Assembly: GCA_965365185.1 (NCBI GenBank)
Contig: CBDUAS010000001.1
Coordinates: 1 to 29,628, forward strand
DNA length: 29,628 bases
From: an uncultured bacterium
GTDB taxonomy: Bacteria > Acidobacteriota > UBA890
Direction: 5' to 3'
Shown here: one piece after another, positions 6,696 through 13,370 of the stretch
Numbering within the stretch: position 1 is the first letter of the stretch
Layout of the letters: each line of letters begins with the position of its first letter
The notes under the pieces: generated by a model
The model's database searches: none
What the model saw: the letters and a program-made list of their open reading frames with translations, nothing else
What the model was told of the DNA's origin: nothing
Program-made: the position numbers and the translations under genes

Positions 6696-9600
6696 CTAAC
6701 GCGGGATCATCGCCGGCACGATGATCCCGGGCACTCCACGGGCCGTCGCTGCGCGGTTGAACGCCGCGACGTCTCGGTCGATGACTTGCAGCAACTCGGC
6801 GTGGTGGGTCTCCATCTGGGCGTGCAGGTGATCATGCACTTCCCGTTGCTGCTGGTTGGGGGCGAAGTCCACGGACGAGTTGACGTCGCCGGCAAGCACC
6901 GAGATCTTGCTGTACAGCCGGTTGGGATCGCGGAAGGACTTGGAGTCGCCGTCGGCGATGGTCGGCTGGAAGATCTTGTCCTCGACCACCTGCAACTTGG
7001 CAGCCAGAGAGTCGACCTCTCGGGTGAACGAGGCAGCGTCGGCTTCGAGCTCGAGCAAGCCGGTCAGGTCGACGAGCTGTTTCTTCATCAGCTCGATGCC
7101 GCTGAGCATGCGCGAGACCGTGTTGAGATCGTCGCGGATCTCCAGTTGGAGAGCCACCTGCGCCTCGATATCGGACTGGGTTCCCTCCGAGCGGGGATCC
7201 TTGCGCACGACGAGCCGCTCGGTGAGCTCCTGGCCGTTGACCGTCAACTTCAACGTGTAGGTGCCCGGCGCCACCATGAAGCCCTGGAAGCCGCCTCCCG
7301 TTCCCCAGCTCAGGACCGGGTACCAGCCCTCCCGCTCCCAGGTGGTGCGGAACCGCTTTTCCTCGACGACGTGCGGGTTCCCCGGTGGTTTGGTGCGTAG
7401 CTTGGCCTGCTCCGCACCGGGGTAGCGCAGGTTCCACGAGGCGCGGTTGATGCCCGGCCTGCCGCTGCCGCGCAGCGTAGTTACCAGGTCACCGTCGTCA
7501 TCGAGAATCTCGATCCGCACCGGGCCCGAGGCACCGTCTTTCAGGTAGTAGTTGATGTACGCGGCGACGTTCATGCGCGGGCCGCCGGTAATCGGATGCA
7601 TGCGATAGGCAGGCCGCGGCACGAACAGATGCGCGTCAGCGGCCAACACCTCGTCGGTGAGCTGCTGCAGCGGCGTAATGTCGTCCATGATCCAGAAGCC
7701 GCGGCCGTACGTCGCCACCACCAGATCGTTGAAGTGCTCCTGCACGACCATGTGATGCACCGGTGCGTGCGGCAGGTTGTTCTGCAGGGGCAGCCACGTA
7801 TCCCCGTCGTCGAACGACACGTAGATGGCGTTCTCGGTGCCGGCGTACAGCAGCCCCGGGCGCACTGGATCCTCGTGCACCCAGTGCACGTAGCTGAAGA
7901 CGCTGCGCGGAATGTTCGAGCTGATTGAAGTCCAGGTCAGCCCCCAATCCTCGGTCTTGTAGATGAACGGATCACGATTGTTCATCTGATGAAAGTCGAC
8001 GGTGATGTATGCCTTGCCGCGTGCGTGCCGCGAGGGCTCGACGTTCGATACCGTGCCCCATTCGGGCAGGCCGGGTATGGTCTCGGTGACGTTGGTCCAG
8101 TTGGCGCCGCCGTCCCGGGTCAGGTGAACGAGGCCGTCGTTGGTGCCGGCCCAGATCTCGCCCTCGGAGAGAGGAGATTCGGCGATGGTGAACACCAGCT
8201 CGGCATACTCCACACCGATGTTGTCGTAGGTCAGCCCGCCGGACGGCCCCAGCTTGCCGGGGTCGTTGGTGCTCAGGTCGGGGCTGATGATCTGCCAGCT
8301 CTCCCCCCCGTCGGTGGTCTGGTGGACGAACTGGCTGCCGACGTACACCTTGTTCGGATCGTGCGGCGAGAAGACGATCGGGAAGGTCCACTGGAAGCGG
8401 TACTTCACCTCGGCGGCCGAGTGGCCGTAGTCCGAATCGGGCCACACCTTGACGGTCCGGCGGTGGCCGGTGCGGTAGTCGACCATCGTCATGCCGCCCA
8501 TGTAGGAGCCCCCGTAGACGATGTTGGAGTCGAACGGACTGGGGACGATGTAGCCGCTTTCGCCGCCCGCCGTCGATTCCCACTGGTCGGCGCCGCCCCG
8601 GCGCCCGCCCCCCTGGGCCATGGTGCCGCGGTTGCTGCCACCGTCCTGCATGCCGCCCATGACGTTGTAGGGAATCTCGTTGTCCACCGCGACGTGGTAC
8701 ATCTGCGCGTTCGGTAGCTTGATGTTCATCCACGACCTGCCGTGGTTGAGCGAGATCTGGGCACCGCCGTCGTCGCTGATCATCATGCGGTCGGGCATCA
8801 GCGGGTCGGCCCAGAGGTCGTGGGTATCGCCACTCCACCCGGTCCGTTCGGTGGTCAGGCCGCCGTCGTACGTCACCGAGTGGCTGTTGGCGGCAAAGTA
8901 GACCTCGTTCTCGTTCGCCGGCGAGACGAGAATGCGCGAGGCATAGTGCGGCCGCTCGTTCAGGATGCGGTCGTAGCTCATCAAGGTCCAGTTGTCACCG
9001 CCGTCCGACGAGCGCCACAGCACGCCGCGGTTCGGGTAGCCGGTTTCGATCATCGCGTACACGACGTCGGGATTGCTCGGGGCAATGGCCAGGCCGACCT
9101 TGCCCGTCGGCGGCCCGGGCAAGCCGTTGCCCTCGAGGTGCTCCCAGGTGGCGCCGACGTCCTCAGACCGGTAGACGCCGCCGTTGGGACCGCCGCTCTC
9201 GCGTCCCCAGGTGCGGATGACCAGAGGCCAGGCGCCGGCGAAGAGGATGCGCGGGTTGGAGGGATCCATGGCGATCTCGAACACACCGGTGTTCTCATCG
9301 ATGAACAGCGTCTGCTCCCAGGTCTTGCCGCCGTCGATGGTGCGAAACACGCCGCGATCGCGCTGTGGACCGTAGCCGTGGCCGATCGCCGCGACGTGCA
9401 CGATATCCGGATCACGCGGATCGATGACGACGCGGCCGATGCGCCCCGTCATGTCGAGGCCCATGTGCTTCCAACTGCGGCCCGCATCCGTCGACTTGTA
9501 GACGCCGTTACCGATCGAGATGTTGCTGCGCACCCAGGGTTCGCCGGTGCCTACCCAGACGACGTTCGGATCGGAGGGTGCGATGGCGATGGCGCCGATC

Positions 9601-9911
9601 GACTGCGCCGGCATGTCGTCGAAGACCGGGTCCCAGTTCAAGCCACCGTCGACTGACTTGAAGACGCCGCCCGAGGAGGCGCCGATGTAGTAGACCATCG
9701 GATCTCCGGGAACGCCGACCACCGCGGAGGTGCGGTTCCCCGGCGGGCCGATGTAGCGGTACTGCAGGGCGCTGAGGGTCTCCGGCGTGATCTCCGGCGC
9801 CTGTTGCGCCGAGACGATGGTGACGCAGCTCAACGCCAGAAGCAGGATGGCGGCGACACGGGCGTAGGGTGCAACGAGAGCGTGGCGGGTAAAGCGAGCG
9901 GCTGGGGACAT
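6696..9911 (-). CDS. Secreted BNR/Asp-box (VPS10/sialidase-like propeller) protein, typically annotated 'glycosyl hydrolase'
   Basis: Signal peptide ending VSA-QQ and about 10 Asp-boxes (KSVDGGLNW, KSTDAGRSW, RTIDGGKTW, RSSDGGDNW, QTTDGGESW, LTRDGGANW, VSFDDGDTW). A C-terminal Ig-like plus helical region follows. 1071 aa. Confidence 0.88.
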   Translation of the reverse strand: MSPAARFTRHALVAPYARVAAILLLALSCVTIVSAQQAPEITPETLSALQYRYIGPPGNRTSAVVGVPGDPMVYYIGASSGGVFKSVDGGLNWDPVFDDMPAQSIGAIAIAPSDPNVVWVGTGEPWVRSNISIGNGVYKSTDAGRSWKHMGLDMTGRIGRVVIDPRDPDIVHVAAIGHGYGPQRDRGVFRTIDGGKTWEQTLFIDENTGVFEIAMDPSNPRILFAGAWPLVIRTWGRESGGPNGGVYRSEDVGATWEHLEGNGLPGPPTGKVGLAIAPSNPDVVYAMIETGYPNRGVLWRSSDGGDNWTLMSYDRILNERPHYASRILVSPANENEVYFAANSHSVTYDGGLTTERTGWSGDTHDLWADPLMPDRMMISDDGGAQISLNHGRSWMNIKLPNAQMYHVAVDNEIPYNVMGGMQDGGSNRGTMAQGGGRRGGADQWESTAGGESGYIVPSPFDSNIVYGGSYMGGMTMVDYRTGHRRTVKVWPDSDYGHSAAEVKYRFQWTFPIVFSPHDPNKVYVGSQFVHQTTDGGESWQIISPDLSTNDPGKLGPSGGLTYDNIGVEYAELVFTIAESPLSEGEIWAGTNDGLVHLTRDGGANWTNVTETIPGLPEWGTVSNVEPSRHARGKAYITVDFHQMNNRDPFIYKTEDWGLTWTSISSNIPRSVFSYVHWVHEDPVRPGLLYAGTENAIYVSFDDGDTWLPLQNNLPHAPVHHMVVQEHFNDLVVATYGRGFWIMDDITPLQQLTDEVLAADAHLFVPRPAYRMHPITGGPRMNVAAYINYYLKDGASGPVRIEILDDDGDLVTTLRGSGRPGINRASWNLRYPGAEQAKLRTKPPGNPHVVEEKRFRTTWEREGWYPVLSWGTGGGFQGFMVAPGTYTLKLTVNGQELTERLVVRKDPRSEGTQSDIEAQVALQLEIRDDLNTVSRMLSGIELMKKQLVDLTGLLELEADAASFTREVDSLAAKLQVVEDKIFQPTIADGDSKSFRDPNRLYSKISVLAGDVNSSVDFAPNQQQREVHDHLHAQMETHHAELLQVIDRDVAAFNRAATARGVPGIIVPAMIPR

Positions 9912-9947
9912 GGCGGCCTCTGGCGTGGGGATGGAGCGGCATTTGCC

Positions 9948-9986
9948 GATAAGCGTATCTATTCATCTGATTTTGCCGGCTGTCAA
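9948..9986 (-). promoter_or_regulatory. Candidate promoter (perfect -35) with a short inverted repeat downstream, for the Asp-box gene
   Basis: TTGACA at 9981-9986 (minus strand); the -10 is poorly defined. A GATA-N4-TATC inverted repeat lies at 9948-9959. Confidence 0.3.
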
Positions 9987-10030
9987 GGGGTGCAGCCCGG
10001 CGGGCCAGCCTTGCGCTCTTCTCCCGGGAG

Positions 10031-10054
10031 GGAGTCGCCTTCGAGGCCGACTCC
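10031..10054 (-). terminator. Hairpin downstream of the kinase gene
   Basis: GGAGTCG-CC-TTCGA-GG-C-CGACTCC. No U-tract follows. Confidence 0.3.
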
Positions 10055-10098
10055 GTCGACCGACCGGCGCGGCGCGGGCTTTGCAGCGGGGAATAGCT

Positions 10099-11121
10099 TC
10101 AGCGACGCCGCTGCCAGGCGGCCAGAGCGTAGCTGTAGTCGAACAACACCGCGCCCTCGCCGTGCTCGTCGATCAGCCTCTCGATGTGGCGCACGATACG
10201 GTCGCGTCGGGCCAGCAGGGCCATGATCTCCCGGCCGCCGATGTAGGCGGACAATCGCCGCAGCAGATCTTCTTCGTTCAACGCCCGCAGGCGGTTCCAC
10301 AGTCCGCGCTCCACGAACCGGATGTGCTCCGGTGTGCGCAGCTCCCGGCGCAACTGGAAGGCCCTGGTGTGATCGATGAACCAGACCGTCCATTGCTCAT
10401 CGACAAGCAGGTTTCCGGTGTGCCGATCGGTGTTGAAGAGCAGGTTGTCGAAGATCGTGAGCGTCTGTTGCACGCCGCGCCACCAATCGGCGTGCGGCGG
10501 CCGCGTCCCGTGTTCGATGTGGTGTCTGGCGGTTTCGGCAGCCTCGATCCAGAGCTGCAACGTACCGTCCCGATTGTGGATGATGCGGCGCACCGTCGGT
10601 GGTACGAACGGCAGCTCCAGCATCCGGGCGAGCTGGTACGCGGCGGCTTCGGAAATCGCACTGTCCGTGAAGTCCTCGAACAGTGGCTGGCCGCTGGCCG
10701 GATCGATGGTGCGCTCCTGCGTGCGCCGGTACGAGCGGAAGATCGCGTGTGCCTGCACGCCGTCCTTCTCCAGGAGCAGCTTTTCGGGGTGGGTGGCGCC
10801 TGCGGGCAGAGCCGTCGTCGAGACCACGTCGGCCGTACGGAGGAACTCGAGGGCATCGTCGTGCGAGGCGAACGGAAGCGGCCTGCCGTCGATACCGCGG
10901 AACCGAACCACGCGCCGTTCCGTCGGCGCACCAGGGCCCTGTGGCAGCCCGCCGGAACCGCGGAGGGCCGGTGGCGCGAAATCGAGCCGAGGGTGCGCCG
11001 CGGCGAACGATGCAGGTGATGCAGCCGATGCAGGAACCGAGCTGACGCACACGAGAACAGCGAGCGTCGCAGCCGCCCTTTTCAGCCGTCTCGATTGACC
11101 TCTCCGACGCTCTCCGCGCAT
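10099..11121 (-). CDS. Putatively exported atypical kinase (PI3K/PI4K-, HipA-like fold)
   Basis: From ATG 11121 (SD GGAGAAGAGG) the N-terminus is signal-like (MRGERRRGQSRRLKRAAATLAVLVCVSSVPASA). Motifs: SEAAAYQLARML..PFVPPTV, GTLQLWIE, FDNLLFNTDRHTGNLL (DRHxxN) and WFIDHTRAF (DFG-equivalent). Confidence 0.72.
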   Translation of the reverse strand: MRGERRRGQSRRLKRAAATLAVLVCVSSVPASAASPASFAAAHPRLDFAPPALRGSGGLPQGPGAPTERRVVRFRGIDGRPLPFASHDDALEFLRTADVVSTTALPAGATHPEKLLLEKDGVQAHAIFRSYRRTQERTIDPASGQPLFEDFTDSAISEAAAYQLARMLELPFVPPTVRRIIHNRDGTLQLWIEAAETARHHIEHGTRPPHADWWRGVQQTLTIFDNLLFNTDRHTGNLLVDEQWTVWFIDHTRAFQLRRELRTPEHIRFVERGLWNRLRALNEEDLLRRLSAYIGGREIMALLARRDRIVRHIERLIDEHGEGAVLFDYSYALAAWQRRR

Positions 11122-11211
11122 GACCTCTTCTCCTGCGCCCACGGATGCCGTCGAATCGGCACCCGCATCGTCGTGGCAAGTCGAGCGGCCTCGTCCTGCT
11201 TCTGGAAGAAC

Positions 11212-11238
11212 TGACGGCAATACGGCCGAAAAGGTTCA
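11212..11238 (-). promoter_or_regulatory. Candidate ECF-sigma promoter upstream of the kinase
   Basis: TGAACC-N16-CGTCA on the minus strand, about 90 nt upstream of ATG 11121. Confidence 0.35.
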
Positions 11239-11283
11239 AGTTTTCTCCTTTGCGCCGCCCCGCGCCGGGGTCGTTCGATCAGC

Positions 11284-11997
11284 TCAGCGGAGAAAGCTCA
11301 CGGACAGGCCCCCTCCGGCGCGAAAGAACTCCGTTTCCAGCTCGGGTGTGTCCAAGAGCTCGCGCACGAAGTCGGGCGCCATGCCGCCGCCCCGGCGGCG
11401 GCGGCCGGTCCTGGCGTCCGGGGCGGAGACGTTGTGGGCGGTGAAACAGCCACCCTTCTCGAGCTTCGGAAGCAGCGCTCGGAAATACTCCGCATACCAG
11501 TTCTTGTCGGCGTCGATGAAAACGAAGTCGAAGGGGCCCTCGAGCTCGGGCACGAGCTCGTGGGCGTCGCCGAGCCGCGCGTCGATCCACGCGCTCAGGC
11601 CGGCTTCGTAGAAGTTGGCGACCGCGGTCTCGTAGCGGCTCTCGTCGATCTCGATGGTGAGCAGCTTGCCACCCGTCTTGCTCAGGGCCCAGGCTATCCA
11701 AATGCCCGAGTGCCCCGTCGACGTGCCAACTTCGAGGGCGCGCGTGTAACCGTGCTCGACGACCAGGTCGAAAAGCTTCTGGCCGTCGACGGCGGGGACG
11801 TTGGCGTCGCGCCAAGCACGGCGATTTGCCTCCAGAAAGGCTTCGACCCGCTGGTCGAGCGCAGCCTGTTCGACGCCATCGTGGATTCCGGGACCGGGGC
11901 TCGCGGTCGGGAGAGACCAACTCGGCGGGGTGGGGCCGGCGCCCGCGAGCAACAACGGGACCAGCACGAGAACTGCCGTCCAGCGTGCACGTTGCAT
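11284..11997 (-). CDS. Class I SAM-dependent O-methyltransferase (CCoAOMT/Methyltransf_3-like) with N-terminal signal peptide
   Basis: LEVGTSTGHSG (motif I), TIEID, RLGDA, PFDFVFIDADK and AHNV. The N-terminus MQRARWTAVLVLVPLLLAGA is followed by a Pro-rich linker. The start is revised to ATG 11997 (SD GGAG). Confidence 0.85.
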   Translation of the reverse strand: MQRARWTAVLVLVPLLLAGAGPTPPSWSLPTASPGPGIHDGVEQAALDQRVEAFLEANRRAWRDANVPAVDGQKLFDLVVEHGYTRALEVGTSTGHSGIWIAWALSKTGGKLLTIEIDESRYETAVANFYEAGLSAWIDARLGDAHELVPELEGPFDFVFIDADKNWYAEYFRALLPKLEKGGCFTAHNVSAPDARTGRRRRGGGMAPDFVRELLDTPELETEFFRAGGGLSVSFLR

Positions 11998-12040
11998 GAT
12001 GATGGCTCCGGTGCAACCGGGAGGCAGAGTCTCGACAAGT

Positions 12041-12091
12041 CTTACATGCCGCTGCAGCGCCCTGTGTAAAGCGGGCGTAAAGTCATGTAAG
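12041..12091. promoter_or_regulatory. GTAAA direct-repeat boxes plus an 8-bp inverted repeat upstream of the methyltransferase
   Basis: GTAAA(12066)-N6-GTAAA(12077)-N5-GTAAG(12087). CTTACATG (12041-48) and CATGTAAG (12084-91) are a perfect inverted pair. Confidence 0.45.
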
Positions 12092-12197
12092 GGTCGGCGT
12101 GTGAAACGCGTCGCCTGCGGCGGCAGGGCGCCGGTGCATATGGTCTGGTCGCGGGAGGATGACATCCGGCGGCGGCGACCGCCTCGTCCGATTCTGA

Positions 12198-13196
12198 TCA
12201 GTGTGACATCACGAACACGCCGACGTTGATGCCGACGGCATACGCCGGAAACGAGAAGCGGTCGAAGAACTCGAAGTCTTCATTCTCTCGCTCCCAGCCG
12301 TCGGCGATGTCGGTGTTATGCGACATCAGCACCAGGACCCGCCCGCTCGAATCGCTGATGCTGCGCAGGTGCGGGGTAGCGGAATCGGCGCCGCGTTCCG
12401 ACGTGGTGACACGTCCGGAACGCCGCCACCACTGGATCGACGGGATCTGGGGGATCTCGGCGACGTCGTAGAGCATCTGCCGCAGCGGATGTTCAGGGGG
12501 CACGTCGAGGATCGGATACTCCTCCGGCGGCAGCACGCGGCCGATCTCCCGGCGCCACTGATCCCACGCCTGCCAGCCCCAGAAGTCGTCGACCCAGAGG
12601 AAGCCGCCCTTGAGCAGATACTCGCGCAGGCGTTCGACTTCGACGCTGTCGAACCCCACCGTGCCAACGTCGGACATGAAGATGAACGGGTACTTGAACA
12701 GCTCCTCGTCGTGCAGGGTGACGACGACGTGGTCCGGGGTGCCGAAGCTCGTCCGACGCACGTGCGCCGTGGTGAACTCGTCGAACCGGCTCATGAAGTT
12801 CTTGTCGCCCTCGGGGTAGTCGGTAAACCAACCCTGCCCCAGCGGCTCATAGCGGGTGCTCTGGTACAACACGCGGGCGAACACGAAGTCGCCGTCGATT
12901 GGAGCGTTCGGATCGGGAAACCGCGGGGCGGCACGGCGTCTGCGCCCGTATTGCGGTGCCGGTGAGCCCGTTTCCGCCGCTGCGGCCGCCATGGTGCCCC
13001 CCGAAGGCCGCGCAAGTGCGCGCGGCGGTACTTCCGCGCCGGCTGCGGCAAGCGCCGACTCAGCGTCGCTCGTGCTGTGCCGCCCCGTGGCGATCGGATC
13101 GAAAGCAGGGGTGCTGACGAGAGCGGCGATCGTGGCTGCGGAGATGGACCCGGCCGCGGCGAAGGCCAGGACTCGCTTGTCGCTACGGGGGCGCAT
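12198..13196 (-). CDS. DUF4159 domain protein with N-terminal signal/anchor
   Basis: FVFARVLY...WFTDYPEGDKNF, YPFIFMSDVG, LREYLLKGGFLWVDDFWG, HNTDIADGWERE and AYAVGINV are typical of DUF4159. Confidence 0.85.
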   Translation of the reverse strand: MRPRSDKRVLAFAAAGSISAATIAALVSTPAFDPIATGRHSTSDAESALAAAGAEVPPRALARPSGGTMAAAAAETGSPAPQYGRRRRAAPRFPDPNAPIDGDFVFARVLYQSTRYEPLGQGWFTDYPEGDKNFMSRFDEFTTAHVRRTSFGTPDHVVVTLHDEELFKYPFIFMSDVGTVGFDSVEVERLREYLLKGGFLWVDDFWGWQAWDQWRREIGRVLPPEEYPILDVPPEHPLRQMLYDVAEIPQIPSIQWWRRSGRVTTSERGADSATPHLRSISDSSGRVLVLMSHNTDIADGWERENEDFEFFDRFSFPAYAVGINVGVFVMSH

Positions 13197-13208
13197 GAGC
13201 TCAGTGTA
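13197..13208 (-). promoter_or_regulatory. Candidate leaderless -10 element of the DUF4159 gene
   Basis: TACACT-N6-ATG on the minus strand, with no SD. Confidence 0.5.
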
Positions 13209-13246
13209 GCCGTTGCGTGACGACGAGGCACGGGCCGCGGCCTGCC

Positions 13247-13318
13247 GACCGGGATCGGCCGTCGTTCTCGGACCGGGATCGATCGTCGCTTTACGGCCGG
13301 GATCGGCCGTCGCTTTGG
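13247..13318. repeat. Three tandem 24-bp imperfect repeats in a divergent promoter region
   Basis: GACCGGGATCGGCCGTCGTTCTCG / GACCGGGATCGATCGTCGCTTTAC / GGCCGGGATCGGCCGTCGCTTTGG. A TG-G-TACTTT extended -10 follows immediately (13319-13327). Confidence 0.85.
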
Positions 13319-13370
13319 TGGTACTTTTCTCTGCCCGGCAGTTCGTACGAAAGACAGGAGATCATTTCCG

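Noticed and set aside
13247-13318. Possible mini-CRISPR array
   Set aside because: The units are directly adjacent with no unique spacers, and there are no cas genes.
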